A DNA stretch of 64,000 nt from Candidatus Chisholmbacteria bacterium (GCA_963704905.1 CAVPHZ010000001.1:1089-65088); one strand, 5' to 3'. Counted from the stretch's first letter, positions 38,509 through 47,585 are shown. The notes: generated by a model from the letters alone, not told the origin. Numbers and translations: made by a program.

Positions 38509-38787
38509 ATGAACATGGGTTCATATAATTGCTGTGTTCCAGAAACCAAAGAGTTTACACAAGTAAGTTCTCTATCAACACTGTTAAAGTTGGTAGGTGA
38601 GGAAAGTAGGTTGAAGCTTCTGTGCCTGCTTCATCAAGGAGAGCATTGTGTGTGTGAAATGCTAGAGCACTTTGACATGTCGCAAAGTTTGGTGTCGCAT
38701 CATTTGTCGGATTTAAAGGAAGCTGGATTAGTGAGCATCCGAAAAGATGGAAGACAAGTACATTACTCACTTACTGCCAAGAGGTGA
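38509..38787 (+). CDS. ArsR/SmtB-family metalloregulator
   Basis: LLCLLHQGEHCVCEMLEHFDMSQSLVSHHLSDLKEAGLV is a winged HTH with Cys pairs at the ArsR metal-site position. Confidence 0.85.
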   Translation: MNMGSYNCCVPETKEFTQVSSLSTLLKLVGEESRLKLLCLLHQGEHCVCEMLEHFDMSQSLVSHHLSDLKEAGLVSIRKDGRQVHYSLTAKR

Positions 38788-38814
38788 TAAAGTTACTAAT
38801 TCGATATTTTCTAT

Positions 38815-39111
38815 GTGAGAGGAAAAGATATGAAAATCCAGGTTTTAGGTTCAGGTTGTACTACCTGTAAAAAGTTGTATGAAACTACCAAAGAAGCAGT
38901 TAAGGACATGGAAGGTGAATATGAAGTTGAATATGTCACTGGAACAGATGGCACTCAGAAAATAATCGAGCTAGGTGCTATGAATAGTCCGGTACTGGCA
39001 GTAAATGACCAAATTGCTATGACTGGTTTTACTCCCGACTTAAGAAGATTCAAGACAAAATTAAGAAACTTACCTAATGGATATTTTCGCCCCAATTCAA
39101 GCCTTGTCTGA
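38815..39111 (+). CDS. thioredoxin-like protein (redox-active disulfide protein 2 family)
   Basis: MKIQVLGSGCTTCKKLYE with a CxxC at the N-terminus of a short Trx fold, commonly paired with ArsR and arsenic permeases. The C-terminal 20 aa overlap the next ORF, so the end is uncertain. Confidence 0.6.
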   Translation: MRGKDMKIQVLGSGCTTCKKLYETTKEAVKDMEGEYEVEYVTGTDGTQKIIELGAMNSPVLAVNDQIAMTGFTPDLRRFKTKLRNLPNGYFRPNSSLV

Positions 39112-39643
39112 TGAGGTCACCTACCAGTGGCTGAGTATTACTCAAGGCTCGTATTTAGGGAAAGCGGTCAACTTTTTTATCTATGATGTGATCAAGATTG
39201 GTCTACTTTTGATTGCCATCAATTACCTGATGGCGATGGTTAGATACTATTTACCTGTAGCTAAAATAAACCAAGTATTAACCGGTAAAAACTGGTATGG
39301 GCTGGACTATTTAGTGGCAGCACTACTGGGCGTGGTTACCCCTTTTTGTTCTTGCTCATCGATCCCACTGTTTATCGGTTTTTTATCTGCTGGTATCCCA
39401 ATTGGCGTGACCTTTACATTCCTCATTAGCTCCCCTTTGGTTAATGAAGCTTCACTCTTTCTATTTCCGGCTATGTTTGGTCTCAAAATCACCCTGCTTT
39501 ACAACCTGATCGGTATGCTGGTGGCAATCATCGGTGGCTGGTTGATAGGTAAGTTATCCATGGAGCGGTTTATCCAACCCGAGTTTAAAAGCATTACATC
39601 AACTGCAAAAATACAAGAAGATGAAGGTGATAAAACGCCATGA
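39077..39643 (+). CDS. ArsP-like permease (DUF318 / PF03773), N-terminal half
   Basis: TPFCSCSSIPLF motif of organoarsenical permeases. Ends in a hydrophilic linker, and the stop overlaps the next start (ATGA). Confidence 0.6.
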   Translation: MDIFAPIQALSDEVTYQWLSITQGSYLGKAVNFFIYDVIKIGLLLIAINYLMAMVRYYLPVAKINQVLTGKNWYGLDYLVAALLGVVTPFCSCSSIPLFIGFLSAGIPIGVTFTFLISSPLVNEASLFLFPAMFGLKITLLYNLIGMLVAIIGGWLIGKLSMERFIQPEFKSITSTAKIQEDEGDKTP

Positions 39644-40056
39644 GAAAATTGGCAGTATCTTGGTGGCATGATGGCATGACTATCACCAAGCAAATATTTC
39701 CATATGTGGTACTAGGTGTGGCAATCGGTGCTATAATTCACGGCTTTGTACCTGATAGCTTTGTGAGTCAGTACCTCAGCACTGACGCCTGGTGGGTCAT
39801 TCCCGTTGCAGTTATTGCCGGAGTACCTCTTTACGCCAATTCAGTCAGTGTCATCCCAATTGTAGAAGCATCCGTAGGCAAAGGCGTCATGATTGGTACG
39901 GCTTTAGCTTTTATGACTGCCATTGTGACTCTATCAATCCCGGAGGCATTGATGCTAAAAAAAGCCATGAAGTGGCAGCTACTGGCTGCGTTTTTTGGGA
40001 TTACTATTATTGGCATTATGATTATCGGCTATGTATTTAATGCCATATCAACTTAA
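39640..40056 (+). CDS. ArsP-like permease, C-terminal half (separate ORF)
   Basis: 4-TM continuation. The combined length of 326 aa equals a single typical family member. Confidence 0.6.
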   Translation: MRKLAVSWWHDGMTITKQIFPYVVLGVAIGAIIHGFVPDSFVSQYLSTDAWWVIPVAVIAGVPLYANSVSVIPIVEASVGKGVMIGTALAFMTAIVTLSIPEALMLKKAMKWQLLAAFFGITIIGIMIIGYVFNAIST

Positions 40057-40097
40057 GCCTTGGGCAGAGCTGGAAGGGTTAGAGTTGTTGCTTGTTG

Positions 40098-40134
40098 AGT
40101 AAAATAGGTTCGAATAGCGTCCGAGGTCGCCAGC
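40098..40134 (+). repeat. T-loop-like repeat R1 (TAAAATAGGTTCGAATAGCGTCCGAGGTCGCCAGC)
   Basis: 35-nt core identical to R2 at 41479-41513. It is related to R3 and R4, not to the tRNA-Gln 3' end. Contains GGTTCGAAT, and an inverted segment AGGTTC...GAACCT spans 40106-40164. Confidence 0.8.
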
Positions 40135-40193
40135 CCCCTCAAGTAGCCTGAATCACGGTCAGAACCTCTCTTAGGAATTGGTATACTTTTTGG

Positions 40194-41348
40194 ATGAGCC
40201 TTCATAAAAATGTAAGATTGCTGACTTGGTTTAATTTTTTCTTGGATTTCAGATTGTATGCTCCGATCATGGCAATATACTTTTCTAGGGTTACTGGGTC
40301 GTATGCTCTGGGAATGAGTGTGTTTTCTATTACCATGCTGTCAGCTGCTATTTTTGAGATACCCACAGGAGTGTATTCAGACATAATTGGAAGAAAGAAA
40401 ACTATAGTTTTGGGTGCAGTAACAACACTCGTTTCAGTAGTAATGTATGCTATTGGGACTATTTATTGGGTGCTGTTGTTTGGGGCAGTGTTTGAGGGAT
40501 TAGCCAGATCATTTTATAGTGGCAACAATGATTCGATGCTGCATGATAGCCTGGCTGAACAAGGTCAGGAGAAAGAATATGCCCAATACTATGGAAAAAC
40601 AAGTTCGGCATATCAAATAGCATTGGCGATAGTGGCGGTATTAGGGTCAGTAATTGCGTATTTTTCATTTGGGCTGGTGATGTGGTTGTCGGTGATACCG
40701 GCGTTGATTGGATTGATATTCAGCATGGAGATGGTAGAGCCGAAGGTGGTGAGTGAAAAGAGTGCTAATGTATATGTTCATTTAAAGGAAGCGGTGAATA
40801 ATTTTAGAAAAAATGATCGGCTAAGAAAAATAAGTATTGCTTCTATCGTGGGTTATGTAAAAGGTGAGTCTGCACATTTATTCTTACCAGTATATTTTGA
40901 ACTCCTAATTCCAATATGGGCAATAGGCGTGGTGAGATTTTTTACTCACGCTGGAGCTGCGATTAGCTTTTATTCAAGCGGGAAATTGATAAAAAAATAT
41001 GGGGAATTGAAAATGCTTTTGTCAGGTACAGGCTATAGTTTTGTGAGTAACATTTTTGCCTTGCTACTAGCCTCTGTTATCTCGCCATTTGTTATAGCTA
41101 CAAATAGCTTGTTTTTTGGGGTAGTTACATCTTCTAAGAGTTCGTTGCTGCAAAAAGAGTACAGTCAATCACAGAGATCAACTATGGGATCGCTAAACTC
41201 TTTGGCTGGAGGAATTGTGTTTGCAATGGTGGTATTTTTGCTGGGGCTAGTGGCAGATATGCTGACGCCAACAAGAGCGCTGATACTACTGCAATTTTTA
41301 GGATTGATACCACTAGTTATTTGGTGGAGGTTGTATCGGAATGACTAG
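40194..41348 (+). CDS. MFS-type transporter (12 TM)
   Basis: 384 aa hydrophobic protein. GVYSDIIGRKKTIVLG fits the MFS loop 2-3 motif. Flanked by R1 and R2. Confidence 0.55.
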   Translation: MSLHKNVRLLTWFNFFLDFRLYAPIMAIYFSRVTGSYALGMSVFSITMLSAAIFEIPTGVYSDIIGRKKTIVLGAVTTLVSVVMYAIGTIYWVLLFGAVFEGLARSFYSGNNDSMLHDSLAEQGQEKEYAQYYGKTSSAYQIALAIVAVLGSVIAYFSFGLVMWLSVIPALIGLIFSMEMVEPKVVSEKSANVYVHLKEAVNNFRKNDRLRKISIASIVGYVKGESAHLFLPVYFELLIPIWAIGVVRFFTHAGAAISFYSSGKLIKKYGELKMLLSGTGYSFVSNIFALLLASVISPFVIATNSLFFGVVTSSKSSLLQKEYSQSQRSTMGSLNSLAGGIVFAMVVFLLGLVADMLTPTRALILLQFLGLIPLVIWWRLYRND

Positions 41349-41477
41349 ATAGGTGATTCATGACTTCTAAAACGAATCCGAACAGTAAAAAGTTTGGATA
41401 TGAAAATGAAACAAAACACCTAGGGTTTGGTACATTCATATGGTAGCGCAGGTATATAATGAATGCTACCTACTTGA

Positions 41478-41513
41478 CTAAAATAGGTTCGAATAGCGTC
41501 CGAGGTCGCCAGC
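41478..41513 (+). repeat. T-loop-like repeat R2
   Basis: Direct repeat of R1, 35 of 35 nt. Confidence 0.8.
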
Positions 41514-41551
41514 ACGTCTCAGGATTTCTTCGGATTTGATAAAATTATTGT

Positions 41552-42016
41552 ATGAAAACTTCATCAAAAAAGTATTCACAACTTTTTCTTCTGCTAACAG
41601 ATGCTGTTAAAGCATTCTTAAATGAAGTCAATAGACATAGTCTTTCGGATAAGGCTACCGAAGAGTGGACTGTTAAAGATGAATTATGTCATATTGCATT
41701 TTGGCACGATTATTATGCCCAAAATTATGCTGCATTAGCCGCAGGCACTAAACCTTTTCTTTTTGTCTCTAAAGGTGGCTCGACCCGAAATCAAGAAGGA
41801 GTTAATAAACTAAAACGCAAGTCTCAAAAGTATCTGGTTACTTTGTTAAATAATGCTCAAATAAGTTTGTATGACAACATTGTAGTAAAACAGGTTCCCA
41901 AAATGACCTACATAGTTGGAAAAGAGTATAAAACAGAAAAGTTTCTTGAAATAATAATCGGGCACATTAATAGACATACAATACTGGTAAGACGCGCAAA
42001 AAAGATTAACAAGTAA
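41552..42016 (+). CDS. hypothetical protein (DinB/ClbS-like four-helix bundle?)
   Basis: 154 aa. WTVKDELCHIAFWHDYYAQN is suggestive of the DinB_2/ClbS fold. Weak call. Confidence 0.3.
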   Translation: MKTSSKKYSQLFLLLTDAVKAFLNEVNRHSLSDKATEEWTVKDELCHIAFWHDYYAQNYAALAAGTKPFLFVSKGGSTRNQEGVNKLKRKSQKYLVTLLNNAQISLYDNIVVKQVPKMTYIVGKEYKTEKFLEIIIGHINRHTILVRRAKKINK

Positions 42017-42063
42017 ATGTATTAATATAAGGTTGTGTAGAACCCGAAAGTAATAATTCAAAG

Positions 42064-42140
42064 AAATAGGTTCGAACTCTGTCCACGGTTGGCAGCACGA
42101 CTGGACAACCATGTAACCGTACCCTTGCGGTTCAGGCCTT
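42064..42140 (+). repeat. T-loop-like repeat R3 (AAATAGGTTCGAACTCTGTCCACGGTTGGCAGCACGA plus structured tail)
   Basis: Shares AAATAGGTTCGAA, GTCC and CAGCACG blocks with R1 and R2. Followed by hairpin AACCG-TACCCTTG-CGGTT. Confidence 0.6.
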
Positions 42141-42236
42141 CAAAAACCCCGAATAACTGAATCTTTTCCTTGATGTGAGAAGCGTCTATTGCTACTGAGA
42201 AAGCCGGAATGGGCTAATTTTATGAGAGCAATCCCT

Positions 42237-42848
42237 CTAATGATCGTGAAGTTCTTTTTCTTTTAAGATTTCGCCTTTAACCGCTTTTTCCACTGCATGA
42301 ATAAATATTACATATGATTCTATAAATTTTCTTCCAGATGAGACATCATCAACTCCGTAGTTAGATTTCTCCTGAAGTGTATGAAAAAGGTGGGCAATAA
42401 CCTTTTTGTTTCCAGGATTCTTGATATGTTTGATGACATCATCTAACGTTTTTGTTTTCACTGCTGTATCGGCCATGGCAATTTCCGGCTCAACCGAACC
42501 GGCTGGTTTGATACCCTCATACTCTGCTCCTTCTCCCTCGCGATGAATCTTTACTAACGTTTCGAAAAACTCCATATCTGCTTGGTCTTTTTCTTCTTTG
42601 GATTTAGCCTTTTTCCTTTTATCTCTGGCTCTTTTTAACGCTTTTCTGATCTCTACTTCGTTTTCCGGTTTAACCCAAATAAGAACATAATTAACGTTTT
42701 CAGTATTAAGAGCTTTTCTGGCTGCGTTGACCACAGGGCCATCCAGTGTATCGCAGTGGGCTGACACCTTGTCCGGTGATACGAAAGATACAACTACAAA
42801 AAATATAAGGACTGTAAGCAGCCGGAAAAATGTTTTCTTGTTTTTCAT
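42237..42848 (-). CDS. secreted hypothetical protein
   Basis: Signal peptide (FFVVVSFVSPDKVSA), a Lys-rich central region, 203 aa. Confidence 0.4.
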   Translation of the reverse strand: MKNKKTFFRLLTVLIFFVVVSFVSPDKVSAHCDTLDGPVVNAARKALNTENVNYVLIWVKPENEVEIRKALKRARDKRKKAKSKEEKDQADMEFFETLVKIHREGEGAEYEGIKPAGSVEPEIAMADTAVKTKTLDDVIKHIKNPGNKKVIAHLFHTLQEKSNYGVDDVSSGRKFIESYVIFIHAVEKAVKGEILKEKELHDH

Positions 42849-43111
42849 ATCCTAAGAGTAAATATAAGAAAAAAATATAAAATCGTCAAGATTATTGCGA
42901 AAAACATATAAATCTTTTAATACTGTCTCATTTGTCTCATTTAGCCTGGATGTGAGACAATCGAATAGTTGAGTTATCAACGAAGTTTGCAAGCTACGCT
43001 TATAAGGACCCAAAGGGTCCCGTGCGTCATGCTCAACCAAGAATTTTAACCTTGAAAATAGCCACCGAAGTGGGATAGTTTAAACCTTTGGTTAAATAAA
43101 AATGAAATATT

Positions 43112-43459
43112 ATGACAAATAAAATCCTTAACATTACGCTTATAAAAATTACACATACTGTAATTTGGCTAATAATGGCATCAGCAGTGTTTTATATCTT
43201 ATATTGTGGCATCAGCGGCAATTTGAATAGAACACTATATTTCACCATTTGTTTGATCCTCTTCGAAATTGTAGTGCTTATACTCAATCATTGGGCTTGT
43301 CCACTCACAATCGTAGCCAAAAAGATAAAACCTGACTGGAAAGACGGAGACGACATTTTTCTGCCAAAATGGCTGGCAATACATAATAAAATGATTTTTG
43401 GAACCCTATTTATTATTGGAATTGTTGTAGTCATTTTCAGACTATTATTGAAATTTTGA
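43112..43459 (+). CDS. small 3-4 TM membrane protein
   Basis: 115-aa hydrophobic ORF. Confidence 0.4.
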   Translation: MTNKILNITLIKITHTVIWLIMASAVFYILYCGISGNLNRTLYFTICLILFEIVVLILNHWACPLTIVAKKIKPDWKDGDDIFLPKWLAIHNKMIFGTLFIIGIVVVIFRLLLKF

Positions 43460-43498
43460 AACAAAAACAAACGACATGTGGTTGGCATTTACGGATAT

Positions 43499-43530
43499 AA
43501 AATAGTTTTGAACCCTGTCCACAGTTCGCT
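43499..43530 (+). repeat. T-loop-like repeat R4 (AAAATAGTTTTGAACCCTGTCCACAGTTCGCT), degenerate
   Basis: Same block order as R3, with substitutions. Confidence 0.5.
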
Positions 43531-43598
43531 ACTGAATATTTTCCTAAACAGAAGTTTAATCCGAGCTATCTATCGACCAGGCTCTAAATGAAAGTAGC

Positions 43599-45173
43599 TT
43601 ATTGAAATCCTTCTTTTATCTCTTCTGTAACGTCGAGAAATTCAAATGGAAGCTTATCATCGTTGAAGTAGCTTTTATCGGGAAGTAATTCAAAATCTGC
43701 TCCGAAGTAGGTATTAAAGAGTATTGGAAATGTATTTACCGGTGTAATCGAGTCATAAAAGTATTCCTCAGCAAGGGGTGCGTAATAGGCGTAGAGGATA
43801 TACATACGTTCCTTGACTCCTTCAATCGGTGGTGGTCTGGTCCACTTTCCTGGATGTCCAAGCGTAGTAGCTGATCCATGATCTGATTGAATAATAATAA
43901 CTGGTGGGTTACTAGATCGATTTACTATTTTCTCTACCGTTTCAAGCGTGCGGGTTGATGCGAATTGTAGCTGTTTTAAATAGTTGACCCGGTCTGAAAA
44001 GGAATCACCAGTAAGCTCAAGCACTTGATCTGGAATGGGATTGCACCGTTTTCATCAAAAAGGTATGGAGGGTGGGGAATGTTGAGGTGAGCGAGGGTGA
44101 ATTTGTTTCCTCTCTGATACGGAATCTCTGTCAGCTGGTCAAACGTATATTGCACATTGGCTCTTGCTTGATCGGCTAAAGCGTTTTTGATGAATGGAGA
44201 AAGTGCAGTTGTTTGGAGAAAAACTATGTAGAATTCATTAATTGCAAAGTGCTGCCCAAAAAACGTGAAGGTATTTCCATTACTGTAATTGATATCGGCT
44301 ATCTCAAGATTATCCGTCGGCCCAATCCCTGAAGCAAAGTTGATGATTGTGTATCCATGACTTTTTAGAAACTGTGCTGCATGATTTTGGTGAATCAATT
44401 GATTGGCAAAGCGAAAATCAGTTGTATCGTTCTCTAAGACATCCGCATACTCATTGATATACACAAAATTCAGGCTAGAGGAAAGCGAAAATGGTGTGTG
44501 AGCATAATTACTTTTTGCATTTCTGGCAACTCGGAAACCTAAATTCTCAAGACCTTCTATAAAATCGTTGTTATCAAAGTAAAATATTTTTTCCAACGTA
44601 TCGCTACGTGCATAGGCATCAAGAATTATGTAATAGATGTCAGGACTTACGCTTTGCTCTGAGATGCGTAGGCTTGATTCATTTTCAGTGCTGTTTAGTT
44701 GTTGCTTCACAGTGGTTTCATTGCTGTAGATAGAAATGACTTGAAACAGAATCAAGGTAAGAGAGGCAATATTCAAAAAGTGATTGACCTTTATTCTTGA
44801 CTGCGATGATTTTTTTAGCTTGATTGCAACAGCAGTTAAAACAATGATCATAAGCGGTATGAGAATTTTGTGAGGACCGATCACTAATCCTTCCCCAATT
44901 GGAATAAATATATTTTTTAATAACGATGCGATGTGGCCATAGGAGAAAAATATACCTATGATTACCGATGAGAATATCGCACTCTTCACCCAAGATTTGA
45001 ACAGCACTTTTCCACTTAACCATAGGAGGAGATGCTCCGGTGAGTGCAAAAATGATTGGCTGAAATATTATCTGAATTCGCATTTCTTCTTGATTATGCG
45101 AGTAGAAAAATAATAATGGATAGATAGCGAATAGGAGCGGATGAACGATGATATTTTTTATTATTTGCTTCAT
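43599..45173 (-). pseudogene. membrane-anchored sulfatase / alkaline-phosphatase superfamily enzyme interrupted by two frameshifts
   Basis: Three overlapping minus-strand ORFs in different frames: an N-terminal TM region (44718-45173), a TM plus catalytic N-lobe (43976-45049, YIILDAYARSD) and a C-lobe (43599-44024, IIIQSDHGSATTLGHPGK). Frame changes lie near 45045 and near an A5 run at about 44030. Confidence 0.5.
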
Positions 45174-45310
45174 CTTTTTTCTAGAAGGTACATTGTGCTT
45201 TAGGCTTCTTTCAACGACAGTCTATTGACAATCTTGTAAAACTTCAAATTGAAAATATTTCTGTAGTGCATGAATATGCATCCATTCGGATTTGTAAAAT
45301 TGCAGGATCA

Positions 45311-45583
45311 TTATTCCTGTTTTTCGGTTTCATCTTTCGAGCCAAAAATTGTTTTTAATTTTTTCGCCATTTTCTTCATGTTAACCCAAAAAGTTTTCAT
45401 AAAAAATCCAACACTAATGAGGCCTGCAATGATCACCTGCGCGATAAAGCTGCCCGTTCCCGGATCAAGATATGCATATGCAGGTCTTGGTAATGCGAGA
45501 GCTGCTAGCACAATGATGAAGATAACTGTAATCGTGAGTTGTGATTTTTCACGTTTCATGGTGAACATTATAGCCGTAGTCAA
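45311..45583 (-). CDS. small 2-TM membrane protein
   Basis: 90-aa ORF with two hydrophobic helices. Preferred over the overlapping plus-strand ORF 45270-45602, which lacks protein-like composition. Confidence 0.3.
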   Translation of the reverse strand: MTTAIMFTMKREKSQLTITVIFIIVLAALALPRPAYAYLDPGTGSFIAQVIIAGLISVGFFMKTFWVNMKKMAKKLKTIFGSKDETEKQE

Positions 45584-45862
45584 GAATGCTTTAAAGCGTT
45601 GACCTTTTTTTATACATACACAAGCTTGAGATTCATAACAGGATTAAGTTTTTATTGTTCATCATGTGTGAGATTGTGTTGGTGAACAATTGTTGATGAT
45701 GCAATAAAAATGATCGCAACCTTTCCTTCCAGTAATTTTAATCAATCATCCGATATTCCTTATCTCTAAGTGAGACTCTTGTTCTCCTTATTTGAAAGCT
45801 GAATTTCAAATTGCTTCTCATAATTATATTCATAATTGATATACTAAATACTGAGCGCGACT

Positions 45863-46807
45863 ATGATAAAAAGACTAATTAACTTACTTTCTTTAACTGG
45901 AATTGGCTTCGCATTATTTTTTGTGGATTTGAAATACCCCGATATTAATCTTCGAAAAGGATACATCACTGCCTTTGCTACTGCGGTGTGTTACTTTCTT
46001 CTAAAGATGTTATTGGATGAAATAGTAGTTAGAAAGATCAAAACTGCCAAAACCCGTTATTCCCTTCGAAAAGTAACATCAATGTTTTTCTTGGTATTTT
46101 TAGCCATCGTCATGCTTCGAATTTGGCTTCCTAATGCTCAGGCTTTACTCGTATCGTACGGATTGATTGCTGCTGGAGTAGCAATTGCTCTTCAGGATTT
46201 TTTCAAAAATATTGTTGCTGGAATAATTATTTTTGTTAGTGGCACATATCGGGTTGGTGATCGCATTGAGATCAATGGAAAATTTGGTGATGTCATTGAT
46301 ATCGATATATTCTATACCTCACTTTTAGAGATTAGAGAATGGGTTGCAGGAGATCAGGCTACGGGTAGAATTGTGTCAATTCCCAATGGATATATTTTGT
46401 CAAACACCATTAATCATTACACTAAAGACCATGACTTTATCTGGGATGAAATCATGCTACCTATTACCTATCAAAGCAACTGGGAAAAAGCAGTACAACT
46501 AATTAAAGAAGTTGTCACTGAAGAAACAAAAGCGATTACCAAACAGGCAGAGGATGAATTCACTGCTCTGGAAAAAAAATATTTTGTTTCAAGAAGAAAT
46601 GTTGAGCCAGATGTGTTTTTAATGCCGACTGATAACTGGATTACATTTCACATTCGTTATATTGCTGAGGTTCGAGAGCGAAGAATTCTCCACAACAAAC
46701 TTGTTAAACTCATTCTAAAGATAGCTGAAGAGCACTCTGATATAACAATCGCCTCAACTACTATGGAGATTGTCGGTTTGCCTGATATACGAGTTGCAAA
46801 AACATAA
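45863..46807 (+). CDS. mechanosensitive ion channel, MscS family (second paralog)
   Basis: 3 TM helices, then GTYRVGDRIEINGKFGDVIDIDIFYTSLLEIREW...GRIVSIPNGYIL, the MscS beta-domain signature. Confidence 0.8.
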   Translation: MIKRLINLLSLTGIGFALFFVDLKYPDINLRKGYITAFATAVCYFLLKMLLDEIVVRKIKTAKTRYSLRKVTSMFFLVFLAIVMLRIWLPNAQALLVSYGLIAAGVAIALQDFFKNIVAGIIIFVSGTYRVGDRIEINGKFGDVIDIDIFYTSLLEIREWVAGDQATGRIVSIPNGYILSNTINHYTKDHDFIWDEIMLPITYQSNWEKAVQLIKEVVTEETKAITKQAEDEFTALEKKYFVSRRNVEPDVFLMPTDNWITFHIRYIAEVRERRILHNKLVKLILKIAEEHSDITIASTTMEIVGLPDIRVAKT

Positions 46808-46835
46808 ACAATACTTCATGAAAGGAGGTGAAGCT

Positions 46836-47399
46836 ATGTTAACTAAACTTGTTACTGAAACTACAAATGCGGTGGTTGCTGCTGTGAAAGGTGTTGATGA
46901 TATCCTGTCAGCGCTTCGAGGTGCAGTGAAAAACCAAATCACTGGAGCGTTTAAAGACGTGAGTGATATTGGAACTTCCGGAATGGATGCAGTGACTGCA
47001 GTAGTCACAGGAGGAGTGAAAAGCTCCGGTCAGATCGGTGCATCAGTACTTGATGTGGCTCGGGCTACGGTTCATGCTGCGGTTATGAGTGTATCAGAAG
47101 CTGGTGGTGATGTAGTCATGGCTGCAAGAAAAGCAGCCCGTGGAGCAGTATCTGGAGCAAATGAGATTGGCAAGGATGTCGGGAGTGCTGCTGTTGGAGC
47201 TGTTGAGGGTGCTATTAAAGCAGCTGGATCTGTCGGAAAAGGTACTACTGAGGTTACTCGGGAAGCTATTACTGGCGCTGTTCGCGCAGCCGATGAAATC
47301 GGTGGTCAAGCAGGAGCAACAGTCAGGAAAGCTCTACTCTCGGCTGCATCCCTTCCAAAAGACGTTGTAGAGAGCGCTATAAACGGAAGTAAAAAGTAG
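46836..47399 (+). CDS. Ala/Gly/Val-rich repeat protein (LEA/phasin-like amphipathic helices?)
   Basis: Strong SD AAAGGAGGTG 6 nt upstream of the ATG at 46836. The track ORF starting at 46770 overlaps the mscS gene end. 187 aa of repetitive A/G/V with periodic D/E/K/R, no TM helix. Confidence 0.5.
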   Translation: MLTKLVTETTNAVVAAVKGVDDILSALRGAVKNQITGAFKDVSDIGTSGMDAVTAVVTGGVKSSGQIGASVLDVARATVHAAVMSVSEAGGDVVMAARKAARGAVSGANEIGKDVGSAAVGAVEGAIKAAGSVGKGTTEVTREAITGAVRAADEIGGQAGATVRKALLSAASLPKDVVESAINGSKK

Positions 47400-47506
47400 A
47401 ATACGATTTATTTTTGCCTACAATAATTTATATCAGCTATCGATTCAATAAATGATGAGATCGTTGATGAAATTTGTTAGTAGTTTCTATTAGTGCAATC
47501 TAAGAT

Positions 47507-47552
47507 GTTGTTCGAAATCCTCCCATTGGGATAGCGGAACCTTCGTGTTTCC
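47507..47552. repeat. divergent relative of the GTTCGAAAT-type intergenic motif (GTTGTTCGAAATCCTCCCATTGGGATAGCGGAACCTTCG)
   Basis: Shares GTTCGAAAT with motif copies A-D, and GGAACCTTCG with the sequence following tRNA-Gln. Lies upstream of gene 47586. Confidence 0.3.
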
Positions 47553-47585
47553 AGTAAACTCGATTCACTTCAAATACTTGATATA

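Noticed and set aside
39792-40040. Cys/Arg-rich 82-aa ORF inside the permease C-half gene
   Set aside because: It is an alternative frame of a well-supported membrane protein gene, and its composition is typical of frame-shifted hydrophobic coding sequence.
40098-43530. Considered calling R1-R4 integron attC sites, or pseudo-tRNAs
   Set aside because: No intI-like integrase or Pc/attI is visible, and I cannot verify the R''-L''/L'-R' core-site geometry by eye. The T-arm-like GGTTCGAAT is not followed by a pairing stem or acceptor, so they are not tRNA genes. Kept as a repeat family of uncertain nature.
45270-45602. Plus-strand 110-aa ORF overlapping the minus-strand 90-aa ORF
   Set aside because: The minus-strand product has two clean TM helices and charged termini. 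The plus-strand product is compositionally odd. Neither is strongly supported, and the minus one is kept at low confidence.
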